Below the pieces are notes generated by a model. That model was given only the letters and a program-made list of their open reading frames with translations. It had not been told where the DNA came from and did not search any database. A stretch of 64,000 nt of DNA from positions 1,573-65,572 of the forward strand of contig DATLZQ010000019.1 in the NCBI GenBank assembly GCA_035573915.1, in the 5' to 3' direction. The translations under genes and the position numbers were made by a program. Shown one piece after another: positions 24,471-33,704 of the stretch (positions within the stretch are counted from its first letter, which is position 1; each line of letters begins with the position of its first letter). Origin of the DNA: Actinomycetota bacterium. GTDB lineage: Bacteria; Actinomycetota; UBA4738.

Positions 24471-26789
24471 GTGGGCGAGCGGGTCCGGGCCAGGGTACGG
24501 GTCCAGGGGATCGTCCAGGGGGTCGGGTTTCGCCCCTACGTGTACTCCCTCGCCACCGCCCTGGGCCTGGGCGGCCAGGTCCGAAACGACACCTTCGGCG
24601 TCCTCATCGAGGTCGAGGGGGAGGAGGACGCCGTCGCCGAGTTCGTCGCCCGCCTCCCCCGCCAGGCTCCACCCCTGGCCCTCATCGAGGCCCTCGCCAC
24701 CGACCCCGTCCCTCCCCAGGGGGAGACCTCCTTCGCCATCGTGGAGAGCGAGGGGGGCGGCGAGCGCCAGACCCTCATCTCCCCGGACGTGGCCACCTGC
24801 GACGACTGCCTGCGGGAGGTGTTCGACCCCGCCGACCGCCGGTTCCGCTACCCCTTCACGAACTGCACCAACTGCGGCCCCCGCTTCACGATCATCCGAG
24901 ACGTCCCCTACGACCGCCCCTTCACCACTATGGCCGGGTTCGCCATGTGCGAGGAGTGCGCCCGCGAGTACCACGACCCCGCCGACCGCCGGTTCCACGC
25001 CCAGCCCGTGTGCTGCCCGGCGTGCGGGCCCTCGCTCCGCCTGGTCGACGCCCGAGGGCGGCCACTGCCTGGCGACCCCCTGGCCCGCACGGCGGACCTG
25101 CTCCTCGAGGGCTGGGTGGTGGCGGTCAAGGGGCTGGGCGGCTACCACCTCGCTGCAGACGCCGGCTCCGAGCCCGCCACCCGGGCCCTGCGCTCGCGGA
25201 AGCACCGGGAGGACAAGCCCTTCGCCCTCATGGTGGGAGACCTGGGCCAGGCCAAGCGGCTCTGCGACCTGGACGACGTGGAGGAGGCGATCCTGCAGAG
25301 CCCGCGTCGTCCCATCGTCCTGCTCCGACGCCGCCCCGACGCCCCGGTGGCCCAGGCGGTGGCCCCCGGCAACCGCTCCCTCGGGCTCATGCTCCCCTAC
25401 ACCCCGCTCCACCACCTCCTGGCCAGGGAGCTGGGGCGGCCGTTCGTCCTCACGAGCGGCAACGTCTCCGACGAGCCCATCGCCTACCGGGACGACGACG
25501 CCTTCCGTCGCCTGCGGGACATCGCGGACGCGTTCCTCACCAACGACCGCCCCATCCACATCCGCACCGACGACTCCGTGGTCCGGGTCTTCCGGGGGCG
25601 GGAGATGCCCATCCGGCGGTCCCGGGGCTACGTCCCCCAACCCGTCCCCCTCCCCCGGCCCCTTCCCCGCCCGGTGTTGGCCTGCGGGGCCGAGCTCAAG
25701 AACACCTTCTGCCTGGGAAAGGGGCGCTACGCGTTCCTCTCCCACCACATCGGGGACCTCGAGAACTACGAGACGCTCCGATCCTTCACGGAGGGCATCG
25801 AGCACTTCCGGCGGCTGTTCGACGTGGCCCCCGAGGTCGTGGCGCACGACCTCCACCCCGAGTACCTGTCCACCAAGTGGGCACAGGACCAGGAGGGGGT
25901 GGAGCTCCTCGCCGTCCAGCACCACCACGCCCACGTCGCCTCGTGCCTGGCGGACAACGGGGAGGAGGGACCGGTCATCGGGGTCGGCTTCGACGGCCTG
26001 GGCTACGGCCCGGACGGGACCATGTGGGGCGGGGAGTTCCTCGTGGCGGACCTGGCCGGGTTCGAACGGGTGGGCCACTTCGAGCCCGTCCCCATGCCTG
26101 GGGGGGCCGCGGCCATCCGGGAGCCCTGGCGGATGGCGGCGGCCTACCTGGACGCGGCCTTCGGGGACACCCTCCCCGACCTCGACGTGGTCCGCCGAAA
26201 CGAGGCCCGGTGGGAAGACGTCCTACGTCTGAGCCGCTCCGGGGTCAACACCCCCCTCACCTCCAGCGTGGGGCGCCTGTTCGACGCCGTGGCCGCCGTC
26301 CTGGGGGTCCGGGACGCCATCAACTACGAGGGCCAGGCCGCCATCGAGCTGGAGCAGCGGGCCGATCCCACCGAGCGGGGAGCCTACCCGGCCACGGTCG
26401 AGGGCAGGCCGTTCCGGGTGGCGGGGAGGGACCTGGTCCGGGCCGTGGTGGAGGACCTGCGGGCCGGGGTGGAGCCCGCGACCGTGGCGGGGCGGTTCCA
26501 CCGGGGCGTGGTGCGGGCCGTGGTGGCGGGCTGCGAGCTGGTCCGGGAACGCACGGGCCTTCGCTCCGTGGCCCTCTCGGGGGGCGTGTGGCAGAACGTC
26601 CTCCTCCTGGAGGCGGCCGTGGACCTCCTGGAGGCCCGGGGGTTCCGCGTGCTCGTCCACCACCGGGTCCCCCCCAACGACGGGGGGATCAGCCTAGGGC
26701 AGGTGGCGGTGGCCGGGGCCCTGGACGCGATGGGCCGGGGGGGAGGCGAAGGCGCCGCCGGGGTGCGGGGGGTGGGCGCGGGGAGCTGA
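24471..26789 (+). CDS. hypF: [NiFe]-hydrogenase maturation carbamoyltransferase HypF
   Basis: Acylphosphatase domain (VRVQGIVQGVGFRPYVY), two Zn-finger CxxC pairs (CDDC...CTNC, CEEC...CPAC), a YrdC domain and a Kae1/HypF carbamoyltransferase domain (HHHAHVAS). About 772 aa. Confidence 0.9.
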   Translation: MGERVRARVRVQGIVQGVGFRPYVYSLATALGLGGQVRNDTFGVLIEVEGEEDAVAEFVARLPRQAPPLALIEALATDPVPPQGETSFAIVESEGGGERQTLISPDVATCDDCLREVFDPADRRFRYPFTNCTNCGPRFTIIRDVPYDRPFTTMAGFAMCEECAREYHDPADRRFHAQPVCCPACGPSLRLVDARGRPLPGDPLARTADLLLEGWVVAVKGLGGYHLAADAGSEPATRALRSRKHREDKPFALMVGDLGQAKRLCDLDDVEEAILQSPRRPIVLLRRRPDAPVAQAVAPGNRSLGLMLPYTPLHHLLARELGRPFVLTSGNVSDEPIAYRDDDAFRRLRDIADAFLTNDRPIHIRTDDSVVRVFRGREMPIRRSRGYVPQPVPLPRPLPRPVLACGAELKNTFCLGKGRYAFLSHHIGDLENYETLRSFTEGIEHFRRLFDVAPEVVAHDLHPEYLSTKWAQDQEGVELLAVQHHHAHVASCLADNGEEGPVIGVGFDGLGYGPDGTMWGGEFLVADLAGFERVGHFEPVPMPGGAAAIREPWRMAAAYLDAAFGDTLPDLDVVRRNEARWEDVLRLSRSGVNTPLTSSVGRLFDAVAAVLGVRDAINYEGQAAIELEQRADPTERGAYPATVEGRPFRVAGRDLVRAVVEDLRAGVEPATVAGRFHRGVVRAVVAGCELVRERTGLRSVALSGGVWQNVLLLEAAVDLLEARGFRVLVHHRVPPNDGGISLGQVAVAGALDAMGRGGGEGAAGVRGVGAGS

Positions 26790-26810
26790 GGGATCAGGGA
26801 GGAGGAAGGG

Positions 26811-27110
26811 ATGGCCATCTTCCTGGTGCTGTGGCGGCTTGAGCTGTCCTTGCTCTCGGCCGAGGTCGTGCGGGCGGTGGTGCGGATGCCCGAGTACGCC
26901 CAGCCCCTGGAGCGGGAGGGAAAGGTCCGGGCCCGGTACCACATCGTCGGAGGCCACGGCGGGGCCTGGATCTACGACGTGGCCTCCAACGAGGAGCTGG
27001 AGGTGCTCCTGGCCCGGTCGCCCGTCTACAACTACGCCTCGTTCGAAGTGATCCCCCTCGCGGAGATGGCGGCCCTCCCCGCCCAACCCCCGCAGGAGCC
27101 CACCGGGTAG
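26811..27110 (+). CDS. Muconolactone-isomerase-like small protein
   Basis: A 99-aa protein, MAIFLVLWRLELS...GKVRARYHIVGGHGGAWIYDVASNEELEVLLARSPVYNYASFEVIPLAEM, resembling the CatC/MLI fold. Confidence 0.5.
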   Translation: MAIFLVLWRLELSLLSAEVVRAVVRMPEYAQPLEREGKVRARYHIVGGHGGAWIYDVASNEELEVLLARSPVYNYASFEVIPLAEMAALPAQPPQEPTG

Positions 27111-27130
27111 GAGGGCTCGCCGCCGCCCCG

Positions 27131-28123
27131 TCAGCAGATTCGAGGGAGGGGGTCGCCCACGAGCATGTCCACGATCCGGGTGCCCCCGAACTCCGTCTTG
27201 AGCAGGACCAGCGTGGGCGGGTCGTCGCGGACGCGCCCGATGATGGCCGCCTCCCGGCCCAGGGGGTGGGAGCGCAGGGCCTCCAGGGCCCGGCCGGCCT
27301 GCCCCCCATCCACCACGGCCACCAGCCGCCCCTCGCAGGCCACGTAGAGGGGGTCGATCCCGAGGATCTCGGAGGCCCCCCGGACCTCCGGGCGCACGGG
27401 CACCGCGTCCTCCTCCACCACGATGGCCACGTTGGACGCCCTGGCCACCTCGTTCAGGATGGTGGCCACCCCTCCCCGGGTGGCGTCCCGCAGGCAGCGC
27501 ACCCCGGCGGGCACGGCGTCGAGGAGGGCGGCCACCAGCTCGTGCAGAGGCGCCGTGTCGGAGACGATGTCCGACTCGATGTCCAGCTCTCCCCGGGCCA
27601 GCATGATCGTGATGCCGTGGTCCCCGATGGGGCCGGAGACGAGGACCGCGTCCCCCGGCCGGGCCCGGTCCGCACCGAGGGCCACGTCCCGTTCCACCAC
27701 CCCCACGCCCGCCGTGTTGATGTACAGCCCGTCGGCCTTGCCCTTCTGGACCACCTTGGTGTCGCCCGTCACCACGGCCACCCCGGCCCGCTCCGCCGCC
27801 CGGGCCATGGACTCCACGATCCGGCGGAGGTCCTCCACGGGGAGCCCCTCCTCCAGGATGAACCCCGCCGAGAGGTAGAGGGGCCGGGCGCCCGCCACGG
27901 CCAAATCGTTCACGGTCCCGTTCACGGCCAGGTCCCCGATGGTCCCCCCGGGGAAGAACAGGGGCGAGACCACGAACGAGTCCGTGGTGAAGGCGAGCCT
28001 CGCCCCGTCCAGGGAGAACACCGCCTGGTCCTCGAGGGGCTCGAGCAGCGGGTTTCGGAAGGCCTCCAGGAACACCGCCTCGATCAGGGTGTGGGTGGCC
28101 TTGCCCCCCGAGCCGTGGGCCAT
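27131..28123 (-). CDS. hypE: [NiFe]-hydrogenase maturation protein HypE (possibly with an N-terminal extension to 28399)
   Basis: MAHGSGGKATHTLIE...GDLAVNGTVNDLAVAGARPLYLS... is AIR-synthase-like HypE ending in the conserved C-terminal PRIC. ATG 28123 has an AAGGAAGAG RBS. An in-frame GTG at 28399 overlaps the hypD stop (GTGA) with GAAGGAGG 9 nt upstream. Confidence 0.85.
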   Translation of the reverse strand: MAHGSGGKATHTLIEAVFLEAFRNPLLEPLEDQAVFSLDGARLAFTTDSFVVSPLFFPGGTIGDLAVNGTVNDLAVAGARPLYLSAGFILEEGLPVEDLRRIVESMARAAERAGVAVVTGDTKVVQKGKADGLYINTAGVGVVERDVALGADRARPGDAVLVSGPIGDHGITIMLARGELDIESDIVSDTAPLHELVAALLDAVPAGVRCLRDATRGGVATILNEVARASNVAIVVEEDAVPVRPEVRGASEILGIDPLYVACEGRLVAVVDGGQAGRALEALRSHPLGREAAIIGRVRDDPPTLVLLKTEFGGTRIVDMLVGDPLPRIC

Positions 28124-28395
28124 GGTGATCCGCTCTTCCTTCACCCGGGCCGGACGCCGGCGGGCCCGGTCGATCCGCTCCAGGACCTCCTCCTCCCGGG
28201 TCGGGCCTCGCCCCGGGGGCCCCCGGTCCTCCGCTTCCCGCAGAGCCTCCTCGGCCCAGGCCGCCGAGCGCTCCACGGTCTCCTGCCCGTGGGCGTGGGG
28301 CTCGGGGACCCCCCGGGCCCGGGCCTCCCGGCGGGCCTCCTCCACCTGCTGCTCGAGGAAGCCCCCCGTCCGCTCCTCGGCGATGCGATCCCCAG

Positions 28396-29532
28396 TCACG
28401 TCCTCGTCGCCTCCTTCACCCGCCCCCGGGTGAACCGACCGTAGTTGTAGTAGGCGGCGCAGGCCCCCTCGGGGGACACCATGCAGGTCCCGATGGGGGT
28501 CTCGGGGGTGCAGGCCGTGCCGAACACCTTGCACTCCCAGGGCTTGATCACGCCCTTGAGGACCTCCCCGCACTGGCAGGCCTTGGGGTCCGCCACCCGG
28601 ACCCCCGGCACGTCGAAGATCCGCTCGGCGTCGTAGCGCGCGTATGCGTCGCGCAGCTTGAGGGCGGAGTGGGAGATGAAGCCCAGGCCCCGCCACTCGA
28701 AGTAGGGGCGGAGCTCCATGACCTCGTTGATGACCTGCAGGGCCCTGAGGTTCCCGTTCCAGCTCACCACCCGGGTGTACTGGTTCTCCACCTGGCAGCG
28801 CCCCTCGACCAGCTGCCGGAGCAGCATGTAGATGGCGGTCAGGATATCCAGGGGCTCGAACCCCGCCACCACGAGGGGCTTGCCGTAGTCCCGGGCGATG
28901 AACTCGTAGGGCCGGCACCCGATGACCGTGGACACGTGCCCCGGGCCGATGAACCCGTCCAGGCGCATGTCCGGGGAGTCCAGAATGGCCTTGATGGCGG
29001 GGATGATCGTCACGTGGTTGCAGAAGACCGAGAAGTTCTCGATGCCCTCCGCCGCGGCCCGCAGGATGGTCATGGCCGTGGAGGGGGCGGTGGTCTCGAA
29101 CCCGATGGCCATGAACACCACGTGCCTGTCCGGGTTGTCCCGGGCGATCCTGAGAGAGTCCAGGGGCGAGTACACCATGCGGATGTCGCAGCCCCTGGCG
29201 TTGGCGTCGAAGAAGGCCCCCGTGCTGCCCGGGACCCGCATCATGTCCCCGAAGGAGGTCATGATCACGTCGGGTTGCTCGGCGATGTAGATGGCGTCGT
29301 CCACCCGGCCCATGGGGATGACGCAGACGGGACAGCCCGGCCCGTGTACGAGGGTCAGGTTGTCCGGGAGGTAGTCCTCCAGGCCGTGCTTGTAGATGGT
29401 GTGGGTATGCCCCCCGCACACCTCCATGAACTTGTACTCCCGCCCGGGCTCGCAGAGAGCGGCGATCTGGGTGGCCAGCGCCTCGGCTTTCTCCGCGTCC
29501 CGGAACTCGTCCACGAACCGCACCGCGGTCAC
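28396..29532 (-). CDS. hypD: [NiFe]-hydrogenase maturation protein HypD
   Basis: Conserved motifs CGGHTH, GPGCPVC, FETTAP and the C-terminal CPVC-like pair (CQCGEVLKG...CTPETPIGTCMVSPEGACAAYY). Confidence 0.9.
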   Translation of the reverse strand: MTAVRFVDEFRDAEKAEALATQIAALCEPGREYKFMEVCGGHTHTIYKHGLEDYLPDNLTLVHGPGCPVCVIPMGRVDDAIYIAEQPDVIMTSFGDMMRVPGSTGAFFDANARGCDIRMVYSPLDSLRIARDNPDRHVVFMAIGFETTAPSTAMTILRAAAEGIENFSVFCNHVTIIPAIKAILDSPDMRLDGFIGPGHVSTVIGCRPYEFIARDYGKPLVVAGFEPLDILTAIYMLLRQLVEGRCQVENQYTRVVSWNGNLRALQVINEVMELRPYFEWRGLGFISHSALKLRDAYARYDAERIFDVPGVRVADPKACQCGEVLKGVIKPWECKVFGTACTPETPIGTCMVSPEGACAAYYNYGRFTRGRVKEATRT

Positions 29533-29557
29533 CTCCTCGAGGTCGGGGTCCTGGGGC

Positions 29558-29830
29558 TCACTCGATCCTGGACTCGGACAGCGCCTTGAGCTCGTCCCGG
29601 TAGGCCTGCCCGATGCCCTCCAGGAAGGCCAGGGCCGCCTTGGCCTCCTGCTCGTCGATCTTGGAGAGGGCGAACCCCACGTGGATGAGGACCCAGTCCC
29701 CGGGGGCCACCTGCTCTCGCTCCAGCAACCCGATGTTGATCGTCCGGCGCACCCCGCTCACGTTCACCCTGGCCAGGTCGGGGCGGTCCGGCAGGACCTC
29801 GATCACCTCACCCGGGATCCCAAGACACAT
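29558..29830 (-). CDS. hypC: Hydrogenase assembly chaperone HypC/HupF
   Basis: Starts MCLGIPGEVIEV... (essential N-terminal Met-Cys). 90 aa. Confidence 0.8.
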   Translation of the reverse strand: MCLGIPGEVIEVLPDRPDLARVNVSGVRRTINIGLLEREQVAPGDWVLIHVGFALSKIDEQEAKAALAFLEGIGQAYRDELKALSESRIE

Positions 29831-30191
29831 GGGCGCCTCCTCCCGCCCCCTCGGGGGCCCGTTCCACCTCGATGGACTCTAACAGCAGCTCGTCGCCGCC
29901 GGACAGCTTGAGGTCGGGGCTGCCGCAGCGCGGGCACACGGGGAGGGGGGCCTCCCCCTCCTCCCGGTACCCGCAGGCCCGGCAGGCCGCCACCACCGGC
30001 ACCACTACCAGCTCCAGGCGGGCGTCCTGGGCCACGGTCCCGTCGGCGGCCAGGGCGAAGGCCTGGTCCATGGCCGGCAGCGTCACCCGGTGCAGCGCGC
30101 CCACCCGGACCCGGACCCGCCGCAGCCGGCGCCCGGCCGCCCGCCGCAGCGCCGCCTCGAGGATCGCCTCCGCCAGCGCGACTTCGTGCAC
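29808..30191 (-). CDS. hypA: Hydrogenase nickel-insertion protein HypA
   Basis: MHEVALAEAILEAAL... N-terminus (MHE Ni site) and Zn-finger CRACG...CPRCGS. Overlaps hypC by 23 nt. Confidence 0.75.
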   Translation of the reverse strand: MHEVALAEAILEAALRRAAGRRLRRVRVRVGALHRVTLPAMDQAFALAADGTVAQDARLELVVVPVVAACRACGYREEGEAPLPVCPRCGSPDLKLSGGDELLLESIEVERAPEGAGGGAHVSWDPG

Positions 30192-30201
30192 CCTCCGCCC
30201 C

Positions 30202-30483
30202 TCAGGCTACGGCCCGCAGCCCCCGGCGCTCGAGGGCGCCCCGAAGCCGCTCCACAAGGAACTCGGTGAGGCCCCGGGCCAGGACTCCCCCCGGCCCCCT
30301 GGACAGGCCCCGCTGCAGGACGGCCCCGGCCACGCCGAGGCCGCTCGTCACCAGGCCTCGGAACTCCTCGGATTTGGAGATGACGGCCCAGGACTCCTGC
30401 AGGCGCCGGAGCCCCTCCCGCCCCTGCTGCGCACCGAGCAGGTATCCGACCACGAACCCCGCGATAGCCTCCATTCCGCGCAT
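30202..30483 (-). CDS. Hypothetical protein (93 aa) within the hydrogenase operon
   Basis: Clean ORF with high GC3: MRGMEAIAGFVVGYLLGAQQGREGLRRLQESWAVISKSEEFRGLVTSGL... Confidence 0.4.
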   Translation of the reverse strand: MRGMEAIAGFVVGYLLGAQQGREGLRRLQESWAVISKSEEFRGLVTSGLGVAGAVLQRGLSRGPGGVLARGLTEFLVERLRGALERRGLRAVA

Positions 30484-30502
30484 TCACCCCCGTGCGTCTG
30501 TC

Positions 30503-31024
30503 TCACTCAGGGCCTGCGCCCTCGGCCCGGGCCTCCAGCCGGACCCGGACCCGGACGTCCGGGTAGGCCTTTAGCACCAGCAGCCTGGGCGGCTCCAGCC
30601 CGAAGTCTCGGATGTCGAAGGTCTGTTCCCCCTCCAGGCGAAGGGTGCCTGGGTCCGAGCGGGACAGGGTGACCGTGCCCTCCACGGTCCTGGTGACGCC
30701 GTGGAAGGTGAGGTCGCCCCGGACGAGGTAGCGACCGTCCCCGGCCTCCCTCACTTCGGTCACCTCCCCGACGATGGTGGGGAAGCGACGGGCCTCCACC
30801 CGCCGCCGGAGCTCCCCGTCGAAGAGGGCGTTGTTGGAGCGAATCCGCTCCACGGCCAGCTCCACTCGGCCCCCCGGCCTGGCCGACAGGTCCAGGCGGT
30901 CCCCCTCCAGCCGGGCCTCGACGAACCCCTCCACCCCGGTGGCCTCGGCGTGCACCGGGTGGACGTTGGTCCGAGCGTCGATCCACACAGTCGAACGCTC
31001 TGGCACAATCCGGAACCGCGTCAC
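30503..31024 (-). CDS. YceI-family (polyisoprenoid-binding) protein
   Basis: ...LTFHGVTRTVEG...TFDIRDFGL... pattern of the YceI family. 173 aa. Confidence 0.7.
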   Translation of the reverse strand: MTRFRIVPERSTVWIDARTNVHPVHAEATGVEGFVEARLEGDRLDLSARPGGRVELAVERIRSNNALFDGELRRRVEARRFPTIVGEVTEVREAGDGRYLVRGDLTFHGVTRTVEGTVTLSRSDPGTLRLEGEQTFDIRDFGLEPPRLLVLKAYPDVRVRVRLEARAEGAGPE

Positions 31025-31046
31025 ACTCGCCCGCCTTCCGATGCCA

Positions 31047-31151
31047 TCACATCTCCCGCAGCTCCAGGTACCGCTTGAGGTCCGGCAGCGACTGGACGAC
31101 GATGGCGGCCAGCGCCAGGAGCACCGCCGTCTTGACGAGCTTCCCGAGCAT
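31047..31151 (-). CDS. Candidate 34-aa hydrophobic peptide MLGKLVKTAVLLALAAIVVQSLPDLKRYLELREM
   Basis: ATG preceded by GGAGGGG 4 nt upstream. Single TM helix. Sits between YceI and the hydrogenase endopeptidase. Confidence 0.3.
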   Translation of the reverse strand: MLGKLVKTAVLLALAAIVVQSLPDLKRYLELREM

Positions 31152-31162
31152 CGCCCCTCCTT

Positions 31163-31708
31163 TCACCTCACGGCCCGCCCCGGAGGTGGCTTCGCGATCT
31201 CCCCCGGGGAGGGCGTCTCGACCAGCGCCTCCACAAGCTCCTTCACCGCGCGGACGGCCTTCTCCACGGCCCGGGCCACGGGCTCGGAGAGCCCCATCCG
31301 CTCACCCACGTCCGCCGGCTCGCAGCCCACCACCACCACCCGGCCAGGGCGTCCGCCGAGCGCCTGCAGGACGGCGAAGACGGAGGCCGGCTCCATCCCG
31401 TGGGCGTCGACGAGCGGGCTCTCCCCCGCCCCGACCAGCGACGCCCGGGCGGCCAGCTCCTCGAGGTCCGGCTCGATCACGTAGAGGGAGCCGGGAGGCC
31501 CCCCTCGGGGAGTGGCGTCCACCAGGATGGCCGCGTCGTAGCCCTCGAGGAGCTCGTAGGCCAGGTGGATCCCCCTGATCCCGAAGTCCTCCACCCGCAC
31601 CCCCTCGGGGAGCGGCTCGGAGGCCAGGCGCCGGGCCACCTCCACGCCGAACCCGTCGTCGCCCAGGAAGACGTTGCCCACCCCGGCCACGAGGACCCTG
31701 GGCCTCAC
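31163..31708 (-). CDS. hupD: Hydrogenase maturation endopeptidase (HupD/HyaD/HoxM family)
   Basis: VLVAGVGNVFLGDDGFGVEVARRL...ILVDA...GCEP signature of the large-subunit C-terminal processing protease. GTG start overlaps the upstream stop (GTGA). Confidence 0.8.
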   Translation of the reverse strand: MRPRVLVAGVGNVFLGDDGFGVEVARRLASEPLPEGVRVEDFGIRGIHLAYELLEGYDAAILVDATPRGGPPGSLYVIEPDLEELAARASLVGAGESPLVDAHGMEPASVFAVLQALGGRPGRVVVVGCEPADVGERMGLSEPVARAVEKAVRAVKELVEALVETPSPGEIAKPPPGRAVR

Positions 31709-33072
31709 GGATCCTCCCCGGCCCCCTCCAGGGGCTCCACCTCGTCGGGGGCGAAGTACAGGTACCGCCCGTAGGCGGCGGCCAGGTCAGCCCCCGGGTC
31801 GTCTTCCAGGGCCACGGCCAGGTGCGCCCGGCCGTCCACGTCGAAGAAGACCGCCTCCACCCGGGCGGTGCGCCCCGCCACGAACATGTCCTGGGCGTCG
31901 GCCGGGCGGGCCCCGGGGCGCAGCCGGACCCGGCTCCCCCGGGCCACCCGGACCCCGGCCACCTCCACGGCGTCCGTCTCGGGAGAGACCGAGGCGTCCT
32001 CCCCGGGGTCCCACCACGGCGCTCGCTCCCGGGCTTCCGGTTCCGCCGCCGTCCGCAGGTAGCGCACGGCCCCGTGCAGCCGCTCCAGGACGTCCGGCGG
32101 CAGGTGCTCGGCCCGTTCGATCACCGCCGCCGCCCGGGGGTCGGTGGCCCTGGCCTCCCGCTTCTCCTCCTCCGTGAGGGTCATGGTCCGAAGCAGGAGC
32201 AGCTCGTCGATCTCCGTGGCGTCGAAGAGGTCCCCCGGGCTCTCCGGGGCCACCTGGGGGTAGTCGTAGAGGATGATCGGGGACGAGAGCAGGAGGTCCC
32301 GTCGCCCCTCCTCCCCCACCAGGACGGGGAACGTGTGCTCGTTGCGGCAGGCCTCCACCAGGGGCCGGGCCCACTCCGGGGGGTCGAGGAGCGAGACGAA
32401 CGCACCGTCGGCGAGCCCCAGGACGGTATGGGTGGCCACGAACGACCGGCGGAGGACCTCCTCCCGCTCCGCCCCGGCCACCGCCCAGGGGGTGACGTTC
32501 TCCGTCCGCACCCGCAGCCGGAGCGCGCCGAAGGGCCCCCCGGCGGGCTCGGCCCGCACCCGGAGGACCCCCTGGAGGTCCCACCGGCGCCGCACCACCC
32601 GGCCCACCTCCTCTTCCGCCGAGCGGAGGGGCTCCACCTCCTCCCCGGCCGGGAACCCGAAGGGGACCACCCGCTCCTCGCCGTCGGCGGCCAGCGGTAC
32701 CGAGGCCTCGACCTCGCGCTCCACCCCCTCGTCCCAGGGGAAGTGGGGGCTCCCCTCCACTTCCAGCGACGGCACGGGCCGCCACGAGCCGGTCAGGGGG
32801 TCCCGCTCCTCCACCTCCTTGCTCTGGACCTGGAGGAACCGGACCTGGAGGTGGAGCACCGGGTCCCGCCCCCCCTCAACGAGGCACTCGGTCTGCTGGT
32901 ACCAGGGCTCTGGCCACCCCGACTCGGCCTGGGCCCTGGGGACCAAAACCCCGAACTGCCACCGGACCCGGTTTTTCTGGGCGGACAGGCGGTAGGGGTA
33001 GAGGACGTAGCCCTCGTAGAGGACGGCGTCCGCCACCGCCCGCGCCGCCGAGAAGTCCAGAGGGCCGGTCAC
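31705..33072 (-). CDS. Conserved hypothetical protein of actinobacterial Hhy-type hydrogenase clusters (about 455 aa)
   Basis: GTG start with GGGGGAGGA RBS. The start and stop are GTGA-coupled to the neighbouring genes on both sides. No recognisable catalytic motif. Confidence 0.5.
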   Translation of the reverse strand: MTGPLDFSAARAVADAVLYEGYVLYPYRLSAQKNRVRWQFGVLVPRAQAESGWPEPWYQQTECLVEGGRDPVLHLQVRFLQVQSKEVEERDPLTGSWRPVPSLEVEGSPHFPWDEGVEREVEASVPLAADGEERVVPFGFPAGEEVEPLRSAEEEVGRVVRRRWDLQGVLRVRAEPAGGPFGALRLRVRTENVTPWAVAGAEREEVLRRSFVATHTVLGLADGAFVSLLDPPEWARPLVEACRNEHTFPVLVGEEGRRDLLLSSPIILYDYPQVAPESPGDLFDATEIDELLLLRTMTLTEEEKREARATDPRAAAVIERAEHLPPDVLERLHGAVRYLRTAAEPEARERAPWWDPGEDASVSPETDAVEVAGVRVARGSRVRLRPGARPADAQDMFVAGRTARVEAVFFDVDGRAHLAVALEDDPGADLAAAYGRYLYFAPDEVEPLEGAGEDP

Positions 33073-33704
33073 TCCTCCCCCGCCCCCTTGAGCAGGGCCT
33101 CCACGGCCTCGTCCCAGGTGGGGAGGGCCCGCCGGGCCCGGAACCGGTGCAGCCGGTCCAGGGTCTCGCGGCGGAGCCGCACCCACCCCGTCCCGGGGAA
33201 GTGGAGGTCCATGAGCTCCCGCCACACACGGACCGGCAGCCGGTAGCTGGCCTCCTTGTGCCAGGGGACCTGGTGGACGGCGAAGCCGGTGGGCCCGGCC
33301 GAGAAGACCGAGCCCGAGAACAGGAGGAGCAGGGGGATCTCGCCGTCCTCCAGGGCCTGGAAGTACTTGGCCGCCGCCACGTCCAGGTCGTACGTGCAGG
33401 GCACCGGGAGCTCGACCTCGGTGCTGCCCCGGAAGCCGGGGACCATCCGATCCACGTAGGCGAACTGGAGGGGCTTGAGCGTCTCCCCCCACCGGGAGGG
33501 CTCCCCGAACAGGTCCAGCAGCCCCTCGGCCTCCCGCTCGCTGTAGCGGCGGCGGTGCGGCTCGATCCGGATCTGGCAGCGGAGGGCGATGGCGTGGATG
33601 GGCTCCCCGGTGGTCTCGGCGATCCGCAGCCGAAAGAGAAGCGTGGGGGACGCGGCGTAGCGGTCCGGACGGGCCTCCAGGCAGTCGAAGACGAGCTCAG
33701 GCAC
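33069..33704 (-). CDS. Conserved hypothetical protein (211 aa) in hydrogenase operon
   Basis: MPELVFDCLEARPDRYAASPTLLFRLRIAETTGEPIHAIALRCQIRIEPHRRRY... Operon-internal and overlaps both neighbours. Confidence 0.5.
   Translation of the reverse strand: MPELVFDCLEARPDRYAASPTLLFRLRIAETTGEPIHAIALRCQIRIEPHRRRYSEREAEGLLDLFGEPSRWGETLKPLQFAYVDRMVPGFRGSTEVELPVPCTYDLDVAAAKYFQALEDGEIPLLLLFSGSVFSAGPTGFAVHQVPWHKEASYRLPVRVWRELMDLHFPGTGWVRLRRETLDRLHRFRARRALPTWDEAVEALLKGAGEE

Noticed and set aside
24240-26842. 612-aa minus-strand ORF and 631-aa alternative plus-frame ORF across hypF
   Set aside because: Shadow ORFs of hypF. Low-complexity R/G/P translations. The hypF frame carries all four diagnostic domains.
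30083-30487. 134-aa minus ORF and other Arg/Gly-rich ORFs overlapping hypA/hyp93
   Set aside because: Alternate-frame shadows of genes with recognisable products.
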